Below are positions 51,129 to 61,369 of a stretch of DNA of 64,000 bases, piece after piece. A program made the translations under genes and the position numbers. The notes below the pieces were generated by a model. It made no database searches, was not told the origin of the DNA, and worked only from the letters and a program-made list of their open reading frames with translations. Source of the stretch: an uncultured Actinomycetes bacterium. Lineage in GTDB: Bacteria > Actinomycetota > Actinomycetes > Streptosporangiales > Streptosporangiaceae. Position 1 is the first letter of the stretch; every line of letters begins with the position of its first letter. Where the stretch lies: contig CAWFRO010000003.1 in assembly GCA_963818225.1 (NCBI GenBank), positions 123,105 through 187,104 on the forward strand, written 5' to 3'.

Positions 51129-51193
51129 GGCGGTGTCCTCTCACTCGTAGCTCGCCTCTCCTGATCACCAGGGCTTTCGCGCTGCCCCGGGTG

Positions 51194-52498
51194 TTACGCG
51201 TGCGCGGTCTCCAGGTAGACGGTGCCGATGATCTGGGCGTCGACCAGCGACTGGTACTGCTCGTCGGACAGGCCGATGATCTCCTTATACACGTACTCGT
51301 TGTGCTCGCCCAACGTCGGCGCCGGGCGGAACGGCGGCACATCGGCGGTGTCCGCCAGCTTGCCCAGCGGGCCCGGGTACAGATGCGTGCCGGCGGCCGG
51401 GTGGGTGATCGGGGTGAAGAAGCCGCGCGCGGCCAGGTGCTCGTCGGTGTGCATCTCCTGCTGGTGCGCCAGGGCGGCGGCGGCCACGCCGCTGCCCTGC
51501 AGCCGGCGCTCGAGGTCCCCGGCGTCGTAGTGGCGGGTCCGCTGGGCCACCAGCTCGTTGACCGCCTTGCGGTTCCGCAGCCGGCCGATCGTGGTGCTGA
51601 ATCGCTCGTCGTCGGCGTACCCGGCAGCCTCCAGGTGCTGCATCAGCGCGGCGAACGCCTCGTCGCAGAGGCAGGCGATCGCGATCCACCGGTCCTGGCC
51701 GGCGCAGGGGAAGACGCCGTACGGCGCGTAGGCGGGGTGGTTGTTGCCGCGCGGGCCGCCCTCGCGGGCGTTGAACTCGTAGTCCAGCACGTCGTAGGCG
51801 ATGTGGTGCAGCACCGCCTCGGACTGCGACAGCTCGATCAGCTGCCCCTGACCGGTCCGCTCCCGGGCCAGCAGCCCGGCCTGTACCGCCCACGCGACGT
51901 GGGCGCCGGCGTTCGGGTCGCCGTGCAGCGAGCTGGGCGTAGTGGACGGGTCGCTGTCGGGATAGCCGCGGACCATGGTGTGCCCGGCGACGCCCTCCAT
52001 CTGCAAGCCGTAGCCCTTGTAGTGCGCGTACGGCCCGGTGATGCCGAAGCCCGGGAAGCGGACCATGATCAGCCGCGGGTTGGCCGCGTGCAGCACCTCC
52101 CAGCCGATGCCCAGGTGCTCCACCACCTCGGCCGCGTTGTTCTCCAGGAAGACGTCGGCCTTCTTGACCAGTTCGAGGAACAGCTCGTGGCCGCGCTCGC
52201 TTCGCAGGTCGAACGTGGCCGACAGGTGACCGCGCTTGGCGTAGTTGAACACCGTTACGCGGTCCCAGAAGCCCTCGGAGCTGTCACGGTTGAGGTAGCG
52301 AGCACCCCCGGGGCCCTGCATGACGACGTCGGGGATGTGCCGCAGCTGGGTGCGCGTCGGGTTGAGATGCTGGATCGACTCGATCTCGATGACCTCAGCG
52401 CCCAGGTCCGCCAGGATCATCGTGCCGAACGGGCCGGCCCACACTAGCCCCTGCGCCAGCACGCGGACACCCGCGAGCGGCGGCCTGCGGTCCTTCAT
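51194..52498 (-). CDS. Family III (CaiB/BaiF) CoA-transferase
   Basis: LAGVRVLAQGLVWAGPFGTMILADLGAEVIEIES N-terminus and the overall CaiB pattern. Confidence 0.85.
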   Translation of the reverse strand: MKDRRPPLAGVRVLAQGLVWAGPFGTMILADLGAEVIEIESIQHLNPTRTQLRHIPDVVMQGPGGARYLNRDSSEGFWDRVTVFNYAKRGHLSATFDLRSERGHELFLELVKKADVFLENNAAEVVEHLGIGWEVLHAANPRLIMVRFPGFGITGPYAHYKGYGLQMEGVAGHTMVRGYPDSDPSTTPSSLHGDPNAGAHVAWAVQAGLLARERTGQGQLIELSQSEAVLHHIAYDVLDYEFNAREGGPRGNNHPAYAPYGVFPCAGQDRWIAIACLCDEAFAALMQHLEAAGYADDERFSTTIGRLRNRKAVNELVAQRTRHYDAGDLERRLQGSGVAAAALAHQQEMHTDEHLAARGFFTPITHPAAGTHLYPGPLGKLADTADVPPFRPAPTLGEHNEYVYKEIIGLSDEQYQSLVDAQIIGTVYLETAHA

Positions 52499-52846
52499 CG
52501 TACTTTGCTCCTCGATGCCTAAATTACGCTCTCCCGACGCCTAAATCACGCTCTGCGCGCAGCCACTTCCGGCGCCGTGCGGAGCGGAACACGCCGATCC
52601 GCATGACCGCACTCGAGGCGGGCGAGTCGCCGAACGGTCAGTAGTTCCCCGGGGGCGACGGGTCCGCGTCGCGCCGCCTGTAGCGGGGAGGCCGCCGCGG
52701 TCAGCCGCCGGGCCCGGTGGTCCGGGCTGGCTCCTCAGCGGGTCTGCTGCGCATGGTCCCGCATCTCACATACCGGCGGAGGCGCGAGGTATCTATCCTT
52801 GAACTACCGCTAGGAACACGTGTCGCAGAGGTAACTCGTACTGGCT

Positions 52847-53725
52847 ATGCGGAAGATGGTACCCGCTGTGCGTGATGATAAGGATCGCTCTTCGCGACCG
52901 GAATACTCTCGCCTGCGAAATGGATGCCAGTTGACTCTGGCGGCGACACTTGATCCGATTGCGGCGCCCTTGACGTATCCGGGGGCAGCGCCAGGCGGTC
53001 CGGCTGTGCTTGTCACCGAAATCAACGTCCTTGATGTTCGCCCGTCGCGGACCAGGCCACTAGGCGAGTGGCGGGTCAGGCTTGGCGAGGAGGAGGACGG
53101 GGCTTTGGACCAGGTCCTGCTCGAGTACGAGGCAGTACCAGTCGCCGGCCGGATCCCTGTGCTTGCGGTCGGATCGAACGCTGCTCCGGCTCAGGTGCGC
53201 CGCAAGCTGGCCACCAGCGACGCTGCCACCGCTGTGCCGATCACCGCAGTGAGAGTTAATGGGCTGTCAGTCGGCGTATCTGCGCACGTCAGCAACGCAG
53301 GCTACGTACCTGCCACGCCGGTCCCCGATCCATCCTCAAAGAACTTGCTCATGTGGGTGACATGGCTCGCCCAAGACCAGTTGCTGACCATGGATAGAAC
53401 GGAACCCAATTACGATCGGATTCGCGTACCGCGTTCCTGCTCTATCCGACTGACATCAGGTCAGGTAGTCTCTGGGTGCTGGCTATATGTATCTCGCCAC
53501 GGCTATCTGATCGGACCATCCGGCGAGCCCCGGAAACTGATCGACCAAGCTGGACTCATTTCCAGTTTGCTAGCGGAATTCCCGGGCCTGGCCGAATTGG
53601 CCGGAGCATCCCCGAAGGAGTGGGTAAGTCGTGTCCGGGATAAACAGATCAGGGATGACATCCGTGATCTGTTCCGCTCAGCAGGTATCGCGCGATCAAG
53701 CGGTCAAGACGCATGGACCTCGTGA
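52847..53725 (+). CDS. Low-GC orphan hypothetical protein
   Basis: 292-aa ORF with protein-like composition. Hand counts of two 120-nt samples give 54-58% G+C, against clearly higher flanks. Motif PVLAVGSNAAPAQVRRKL faintly recalls GGCT/AIG2-like proteins. Confidence 0.5.
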   Translation: MRKMVPAVRDDKDRSSRPEYSRLRNGCQLTLAATLDPIAAPLTYPGAAPGGPAVLVTEINVLDVRPSRTRPLGEWRVRLGEEEDGALDQVLLEYEAVPVAGRIPVLAVGSNAAPAQVRRKLATSDAATAVPITAVRVNGLSVGVSAHVSNAGYVPATPVPDPSSKNLLMWVTWLAQDQLLTMDRTEPNYDRIRVPRSCSIRLTSGQVVSGCWLYVSRHGYLIGPSGEPRKLIDQAGLISSLLAEFPGLAELAGASPKEWVSRVRDKQIRDDIRDLFRSAGIARSSGQDAWTS

Positions 53726-54144
53726 TACCGGCCGCAGACCTTCACGGTGGCCGGGCGAAGCGGTCCTGTAGACCGTGGTCATACCTGTCGTGACCTAGCG
53801 GGACCGTGCGCGGGAGGGCCGGGCGGAGACTCAGCCGAGGCGCTGCGGCTGGCCCGGAGGTGGCGGCCCAAGAAGGCCGGGGGCCCGGTGGCCCCGTTGA
53901 CCTAGCCGATAACGGGCGTTAGCGTCACGCATGGGTGGATGTTTGCCAGTTGGTCGATATATGAGCACACCCAGCCGAGGAGACCAATGGCGAGGCGATG
54001 GTCCCGGGGTGGTCAAGGCCCGCTGATGACGCCCGTGATAGCGAGTTCAGCGCCGGGCTTCAGGGCCGCTAGGTCTCTGCGGCCCGGTTCGCCGTTGCGG
54101 CGATCACCGCGGGGCATAGCCTCCGGCGGCCGGGCCCGTCGGCC

Positions 54145-56544
54145 ATGGACGCCGGGCTCGTTCATCAGGTGCCGATGATGACCGGGAATTCGCTGCCGCT
54201 GGACGGGATCCGGGTGCTGGACCTCAGCGGCCCGGTCGGCAGCTACGGCGGGCGGCTGCTGGCGGACGCCGGTGCCGATGTGGTCAAGGTGGAGCGCCCG
54301 GCCGGTGACGAGCTGCGCCGCCAGGGTCCTTTCGCCGGCGGCCGCAGCGACCCGGAACGCAGCCTCAGCTTCGCTTATTACCACGCCAACAAGCGTGGGA
54401 TCGCCGTGGACTACCGCAGCGCGGAGGCGCTCGGCGTGCTGGCCGAGCTGGGCGCGAACGCTGATGTGGTGCTGCTGACCCCGCCGGTGGCGGGCTTCGA
54501 CCCGGATGCAGGCGAGCTGTCCTGGGCTGCCCCGGATGCCGTCGTCTGCGCGGTCACCCCGTTCGGGCTCACCGGTCCCTACCGCACCTGGCGGGCCACC
54601 CACCTCACCTCCTGCGCGCTCGGCGGCGCCATGTACGCACAGGGACCGCCCGAAGGTCCGCCTGCCGTGATGCCGGGCCGTCAGCTGTATGACCACGCGG
54701 GCACGCAACTCGCGATCGCCGTGCTCGCGGCGTTGCGGGCGCGGCCTGCCGCTGGCGGGCAGTTCATCGAGATCTCGGCGCACGAGGTGCTGGGGGCCTA
54801 CACGGTCGAGCTGCACAGATACACCAACTTCCTGGACATCACGCGGCGCCGCGATACCTATCCGGGGGTGGGGGGCATGTGGCCCTGCCGGGATGGCATG
54901 ATCGAGTTCACCGCCCAGACGGATAAGCACTGGGCCGGGCTTGTCCGGCTCCTGGGCAGGCCGCCGGAGCTGAGCGATCCCTCCTTTGCCTCCCCGGCCG
55001 ACAGGCGGCAGCGCGCCGGGGAAATCATGGCGGTCGTCGGCCCGGCGATCCTGGCGATGGGCCGCGAGGATTTCGTGGCCCGTGCCCAGGAGCTGAGCGT
55101 GCCGTGCGCGCTGGTTAATACCGTGGGGCAATTCACCCAGGATCCGCACCCGCGCAGCCGCGGCTTCTTCGTGCGCCAGCCGGTAGCCGGCCTGGGAGAG
55201 TTCGATGTCCCGGGCCAGCCGTTCGTGTCCGGGCAGCCGCTGCTTGCGCAGTACCGGCGCCCGGCCCCCCGGCTCGGCGAGGACGACCCCGCCGCGATCG
55301 CCCGCGAATGGCGGTCAGCGGGACGGTCGGAGCCGCCGTCGGCCAGCCCGCTGTCTCACCTCAAGGTGATTTCCTTCGGCATGGTCATCGCGGGCGCGCT
55401 GTGCGCCACGGCCTTGGCCGAGCTGGGGGCCGACGTCATCAAGATCGAGTCCCCGGCTGTGCCCGACAGCACGCGCCGGATACGCATGAACGACCCGGCG
55501 ATCCACGAGCCGTCCGGCGTGGACGTCACTCCGATATTCGCCAACTTCAACCGGTCGGTCCGGAGCCTGGCGCTGGACATGAAGCAACCCGAGTCGGTGG
55601 ACCTGGTGCTGCGGCTGGCGGGCGTGGCGGACGTGGTGATTGAGAACTACGGCCCGGACGTGCTGGAGCGGTGGGGCGTCGGCTACGAGAAGATCGCCGC
55701 GGTGAACCCGCGGATCGTGATGCTGTCCCAGACGGGCTTCGGGCACGGCGGCGGACCCCGGTCCCACTATCTCGCCTACGGGGCGACGATCTTCTCGTTC
55801 ATGGGACTCACCCAGATCTGGGGCCGCTCGCACGGCTCGCACTTCGATTACCCCGCCGCCGCGCACGGGCTGTTCGCCATCCTGGCCGCGCTGGCGGCCC
55901 GTGACCGCACCGGCCTGGGCACCCACATCGACCAGGCCCAGACCGAGGTGGCCGGGGCGATCATGGGCCCGCTGCTGCTCGACTACACGGTCAACGGGCA
56001 CGAACCGGGCGAGGACCCGCCGCCCGGCCTGGTGGTCCGCTGCCTCGGCGAGGATGGCTGGCTCGCGGTCGAGCCCGTGGACGACGAGGACTGGCAGCGG
56101 CTGGCGGCGCTGGCCGGCGCCCCCGAACCCGGTGGCCCCCGCCCCGGCGGCCCCGGCCGCGGCGCCCCGGACCCCGGCGACCACGCCGCGGTCGCCGACG
56201 CGGTCAGGAGCTGGGCTGCCGCGCTGACGCCGCAGCAGGCGATGCGCACGCTGCAGCGGGCAGGCCTGGCCGCCGGCGCGGTCCAGAACAGCGAGGACGT
56301 GGTCCGCGACCCGCAGCACCGCGGGCGGCATTTCCTGCAGGAGATGGACCATCCCGATCTCGGCGTGGCCGAGTACGCCAGCCCGCCCTACCGGCTGTCC
56401 AAAACACCGGCCACCATCCGCCGGCGGACCCCGCGCCTTGGCGAGCACACGACCCAGATCCTGGCTGAGTGGCTCGGCATGCCGCCGGAGGAAACCCTGA
56501 CGTACGCCTGGCCGCCGCCTTCTGGGACGGGCGCGGGGCCGTGA
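54145..56544 (+). CDS. Fused tandem family III CoA-transferase (two CaiB/BaiF domains in one 799-aa protein)
   Basis: Domain 1 starts LDGIRVLDLSGPVGSYGGRLLADAGADVVKVERP. Domain 2 starts LSHLKVISFGMVIAGALCATALAELGADVIKIESP. Each has the mid-domain Asp region (LYDHAGTQLAIAVLAAL and HFDYPAAAHGLFAILAAL). Confidence 0.8.
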   Translation: MDAGLVHQVPMMTGNSLPLDGIRVLDLSGPVGSYGGRLLADAGADVVKVERPAGDELRRQGPFAGGRSDPERSLSFAYYHANKRGIAVDYRSAEALGVLAELGANADVVLLTPPVAGFDPDAGELSWAAPDAVVCAVTPFGLTGPYRTWRATHLTSCALGGAMYAQGPPEGPPAVMPGRQLYDHAGTQLAIAVLAALRARPAAGGQFIEISAHEVLGAYTVELHRYTNFLDITRRRDTYPGVGGMWPCRDGMIEFTAQTDKHWAGLVRLLGRPPELSDPSFASPADRRQRAGEIMAVVGPAILAMGREDFVARAQELSVPCALVNTVGQFTQDPHPRSRGFFVRQPVAGLGEFDVPGQPFVSGQPLLAQYRRPAPRLGEDDPAAIAREWRSAGRSEPPSASPLSHLKVISFGMVIAGALCATALAELGADVIKIESPAVPDSTRRIRMNDPAIHEPSGVDVTPIFANFNRSVRSLALDMKQPESVDLVLRLAGVADVVIENYGPDVLERWGVGYEKIAAVNPRIVMLSQTGFGHGGGPRSHYLAYGATIFSFMGLTQIWGRSHGSHFDYPAAAHGLFAILAALAARDRTGLGTHIDQAQTEVAGAIMGPLLLDYTVNGHEPGEDPPPGLVVRCLGEDGWLAVEPVDDEDWQRLAALAGAPEPGGPRPGGPGRGAPDPGDHAAVADAVRSWAAALTPQQAMRTLQRAGLAAGAVQNSEDVVRDPQHRGRHFLQEMDHPDLGVAEYASPPYRLSKTPATIRRRTPRLGEHTTQILAEWLGMPPEETLTYAWPPPSGTGAGP

Positions 56545-56954
56545 GCCGGACCGTACCGGGTCAGGAGGCACCCGACATTGCCCGATGAGCGGGTACGCCA
56601 CCGAAACCCTGGCCAGCACGCCAGCACGGCATGACTAGCGCTGCCCTGGGTGGTATTCCAGATATTCGGGCCGGGAGGCTCTTCGTGCCATTTGTGCGAT
56701 AGGCTGATTCATACGCTTTCCCGTATGTCCAAACGTTTACGGCAGCCCTGACTTCTGCTTATTCGCACCTCGGGCGCGGCTTCCTAATCGGCACAAAGCA
56801 GTTACGCCGACTACGCCGACTACGCCGTGGGCGCGCGAGCGCGGTTCATAGCGACGGTATTGCGTACCGCCACGCTCCGGTACGTTCGGCCTTCTTTGAC
56901 GTTTACCTTGGCCGGCCTGCGCTACGGGCGGCCTGGAGCATCGCCTGGTGGTGG

Positions 56955-58687
56955 TCAGAAGGGGCCGGTGAGCTCGCCGAGGGTGTGGCTGAGCTGGAGA
57001 TTCTCGGAGTAGTCGACCGGGCAGGTGATGACCGAGACGGTGTCGGCGGCGAGGGCTTCGGTGAGGGTGGGCAGCAGGTCGCTGGCCGAGTTGATCCGGT
57101 AGCCGCGGGCGCCGAAGCTCTCGGCATAGGCGGCGAAGTCCGGGTTGCCGAAGCCGGTGGCCACGTCATGGCCGAGTTCGAGATCCATCTTCCACTTGAT
57201 CAGGCCATAGGCATCGTCTTGCCAGATCAGCACGGTCAGGGGGATGCGTTCGCGCAGAGCGGTCTCGATCTCCTGGGAGTTCATCAGGAATGCGCCATCA
57301 CCCATAGCCGCCAGCACCCGCCGGCCGGGCTCGGCCAGCTTGGCGCCGATGGCGCCGGGCAGGGCAAAGGACATGGCGGACAGGCCGTTGGAGGTCAGGC
57401 AGGTGCTGGGCTCGTAGGTGGGATACAGGCGCGCCATCCACATCTTCACCGCGCCGGTGTCGGCCAGGACGATGTCGGAGCGCCCCAGGGCGGCCCGGGT
57501 GTCGGACACGATCCGCTGCGGCTTGAGCGGGAAGCTGTCATCGGCCGCGCCGCGCGCCAGCTCGCCGGCCAGCAGCGCCCGGATCTTCTCACCGCTTGCC
57601 CCCGGCTGCCATCGCCTGGCTGGTGGCGGCGGCCAGCGCGTCAAGGGTGGCGCTGAGGTCGGCCTGGACCCCGACCTCGACGTCGTAGCTGGCATCTACC
57701 TCGGCCGGGAACCGGCTCAGGTGCAGGATCCGCTTGTCCCGGCCGGGGTTGATCCGGGCCGGGTCGAACTCCTGCAGCTCATAGCCGACGCTGATGATGA
57801 CGTCCGCCTCGTCGAAACCGAAGTTGACGTAGTCATGCTGCATGAACCCCACCGCGCCAAGGGCGTTCGGGATGGTCGTCGGGGAACACGCCCTTGCCGT
57901 GGAAGGTGGTCGCCACCGGCAGGCCCAGCTGCTCGGAGAAGCGCCGCAGGGCATCCGCCGCTCCGGCCCGGACCGCACCGTGGCCGGCCAGCACGACGGG
58001 GCGCCGGGCAGCATCAAGCACCGCCGCGGCCCGCTCGATCTGCGCTGGCGACGGCACGTCGGGCCGGGGAACGTTGACGTTGAGCGGAGCAAGCCCCGGC
58101 GCGCTCATGGCCTCGACGTCCTCGGGCACGGCCAGGTAGACCGCGCCGGGACGTTCGGTCTGCGCCAGCTTGAACGCCTTGCGGATCATCTCCGGGACCG
58201 CACCTGGGGTCAGGACCGCGTCCGCCCATTTGGTCACCGGCGAGAACATCGACACCAGGTCGACGCTCTGGTGGGACTCCTTGTAGATCCGGTTCAGGCC
58301 GACCTGCGCCGACAACGCCACCACCGGCGAACTGTTCGTCGTGGCATCGGCCGTGCCCAGCAGCAGGTTGATCGCGCCCGGGCCCAGGGTCGCCGAGCAC
58401 ACCCCGGCGCGCCCGGTCAGGCGGCCGTAGATCTCGGCCATGAACGACGCCGCCTGCTCGTGGCGCACCAGCACGTAGCGGATAGGCGAACGGGCCAGCG
58501 CGTCAGTGAAGCGGATGTTTTCCTCGCCCGGGATGCCGAATACGACGGTGACACCCTCACGCTGCAGGCAGCGCACCAGCAGATCCGCGACATCAGGCTG
58601 CTCCACGGCCACCCACCAGAACCTACCGGACCACGGCGCCATCCGACCAGGCGCCGCCTGGCTGGACCGTCCACGCGCGGTCGTCAT
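56955..58687 (-). pseudogene. AlsS-like thiamine-pyrophosphate enzyme (acetolactate-synthase family), two homopolymer frameshifts
   Basis: ADLLVRCLQREGVTVVFGIPGEENI...RHEQAASFMAEIYGRLTG..., then ...GKGVFPDDHP / NALGAVGFMQHD (shift at the G-run 57869-57871), then ...AMAAGG / SGEKIRALL (shift at the C5 run 57599-57603), ...GDGAFLMNSQE... Confidence 0.8.
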
Positions 58688-58761
58688 GACCGTTCGCGGG
58701 CGGATTCCGCCATGCTGTACAGCAGGTGCCCGCCCCGGTTGCCAGACAAGGGAGTCCCGAG

Positions 58762-59817
58762 ATGATCATTGATTGCGCGTACTACCAGGACGGCCGCAGG
58801 CAAGGTGAAGGCGCGGTCCCGCTGGAGGAGGCAGCGGCCCGATGCGGGCAGGGCGGCTTCGTGTGGCTGGGATTGTTCGAGCCCGGGGACGAGGAGCTGG
58901 CCCAGGTCCGTGACACCTTCGGGCTGCACGAGCTGGCGGTCGAGGACGCGCAGAACTTTCACATGCGGCCGAAGGTCGAGAACTATGACCAGGACGTGCA
59001 GCTGGTCATCCTGCGCACCGCCCGCTACGACGACGACGCCGAGGAAGTCGAGTTCGGCGAGATCAGCGTCTTCCTCGCGCCCTCCTTCGTGATCGCGGTG
59101 CGGCAAGGCGTGGCGAGCGAGCTGCGCGGGGCCAGGCAGCGGCTGGAGCAGCGCCCGGAGCTGCTGGCCGCGGGCAGCTCATCGGCGCTGTGGGCGATCC
59201 TGGACCAGGTGGTGGACGGGTACGCGCCCGTCGTCGCCGGGCTCGAACGCGACATCGACCAGATCGAGGCCACCGTGTTCTCTGGCGCCGTGGCGCCGAC
59301 CGAACGGATCTACTCGCTGCGCCGCGAGGCCACCGATTTCTACCGTGCCGTCCATCCGCTGCTCGCCGTGGTCGCCACTATCGAGCGCGCCGCCGCGGAC
59401 TCGGCGCTGGGGCCGTATCTGCGTGACGTCCATGATCACCTGCTGCTGGTCAACGAGGAGGTCGCCGCGCAACGTGACCTGCTCGGCACGGTGCTGCAGG
59501 CCAACATGGCGGTGGTCTCGGTCGAGCAGACAAAGGTCAGCGTCCGGCAGAACGCCACCATCGAGCAGCTCACGATCCTGGCTACGGTCTTCTTGCCGCT
59601 GACGTTCGTCACCGGTTTCTTCGGCCAGAATTTCGGCTGGCTCGTCGCCCGCATCGACACCCGGGCTGCGTTCCTGTTCTATGGCATCGGGGGTCTGGCC
59701 GTGCCGTTGGTGCTGCTGTTCTTGTGGCTGAGACTGCGCAGGCCTCAACCCGACACCGGTGCCGCCGTCCGCGGCACCAGGCCCGCCAGCGCCACGGGAA
59801 CGGGCCGCACGGCATAA
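58762..59817 (+). CDS. corA: CorA-family divalent cation transporter with GQN instead of GMN
   Basis: ATG at 58762 after gggag. CorA-like N-domain and two C-terminal TMs, with LPLTFVTGFFGQNFGWL. Confidence 0.8.
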   Translation: MIIDCAYYQDGRRQGEGAVPLEEAAARCGQGGFVWLGLFEPGDEELAQVRDTFGLHELAVEDAQNFHMRPKVENYDQDVQLVILRTARYDDDAEEVEFGEISVFLAPSFVIAVRQGVASELRGARQRLEQRPELLAAGSSSALWAILDQVVDGYAPVVAGLERDIDQIEATVFSGAVAPTERIYSLRREATDFYRAVHPLLAVVATIERAAADSALGPYLRDVHDHLLLVNEEVAAQRDLLGTVLQANMAVVSVEQTKVSVRQNATIEQLTILATVFLPLTFVTGFFGQNFGWLVARIDTRAAFLFYGIGGLAVPLVLLFLWLRLRRPQPDTGAAVRGTRPASATGTGRTA

Positions 59818-61251
59818 CCGGCGAAGGCTCGCACACGGGATCGCCGTCTTCGCGCCGTTGAAGCTGGCCCCGGTCGGTACGCGGATGGCGCCGTCCGGCG
59901 TGCGCTGGCAAGCGTGCAGCCAGGCGGTCGCCGTCGGCGGCCAGCTGGTCATGTTGCCTCGCCAGCCCTGGTAGCGGAAGTCGGTGACCCAGCCGACCGA
60001 CAGGACCGCGACCAGCGCCGTGACCGCCGCGACGGTCCGCAGCCTGTGCTGCCGGTGGCCGACGAACGAGCTGACCGCGACGACCGCGGCGGCCTCGATG
60101 AGGAAGATGGGAAGCGCGGTGTACCGGGAACCGGACTCGAAGTTCCCCGTGACCGGGGTTGTCGTCACCCCCGGCTTCAGGGCCGCGCCGGACGCAGTGG
60201 CCAGGAAACCGGTGATCAGGGCGGCCACCACGAACACCCGGGCTGGCCCGCGCTGGGTGAGCAGGGTCCACCCGAAGAAGGCCGCGAGGATTGCGCCGAT
60301 GATCAGCGTGGCGCCGTTTCGCCCGGCGAAATCTTGCAGCCGCCAGGCCACGTGCCAGCCGAGCGCGGGCAGCACCACTTCGTGCCCGTAGAAGGCGAGC
60401 ACCGGGCCCGGTGAGGCCGGGTGAGCCGCCCGGGATTGGGCGCTGCCCAAGTTGCTCACGACGTAGGGGACCTGCAGCAGGCAGCCGGCGGCCCAGCCCG
60501 CGGTCACCGCGTGCTCACGCAGCCGGGGCAACGCGATGACCCGGGCCAGCAGCAGCGGTGCGAAGACGATGCTCATCGTGGTGGAAGCGGCCGTGAGGAA
60601 GCCGACGGCCGCCGCGGCGGCCATCCCCGCGCGCGTCCCCGGGCGCCACAGCACGGCCCAGAACAGCGCGAACAGCAGGTACCAGGTGCAGTTGACGCCG
60701 CTGTCGGCGATCTCAAGCTGCGCGACGGGCAGCAGCACCACCGCGAGAGCGAGCACGAACCGCAACACCGCGGAGCGGACCTGGCCCGCGCTCGCATGGA
60801 AGATGAACAGCGCACATCCGGTCGCGACCAGCGCCCCGATGATCGCGAAGGCGGCCGCCGCGTCGCGCAGCGGCAGATAGGACACGAACTGGGCGATCAG
60901 CCGCGGGACAAGCTGAAGGTACCCCGCGTACGAATCCAGCAGGTGCCAAGGGTGCTGCAGCGCCTGGACCAGGAAGATACCGAGGTCCTCAGCATAGATA
61001 CTGTCCCAGGCCGGGACCGGGCCCGCGACGCGCACCAGCATCACCAGGACCCCGAGGGGGACTACGGCGGCCAGGAGCAGGACGGGCAGGCCGCGCGGCA
61101 CGCGCCGGGGCACCGGCTCCGCGGGCTCAGGGAACAGCTCGCGGAGCACACCGACGGCACGGCGCGCGAGCGGCGGGCGCTGCAGGCGAGCCTGCTGCCG
61201 TGCCGGAGCCTGTCCAGCCACCTGGGACAGGTGGCTCTGCGGGGTCAGCAA
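59818..61251 (-). CDS. Polytopic membrane protein of unknown function (3' end unresolved)
   Basis: The track ORF 59179..61251 has about 11 hydrophobic segments up to about aa 450. It then runs antisense through 640 nt of corA without a stop, so I truncate it at the corA stop. Confidence 0.5.
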
Positions 61252-61369
61252 ACGAAACGCCTTCCGTCACGTCGCCGCCATAGATGTGCGCGAACCCTAT
61301 CACCGACCCGGCGGGCGGTTAGGCGCTCGCAAGTCGCCGCCCCGCCGGGGTCCCGCGCCGGGACGCAGG

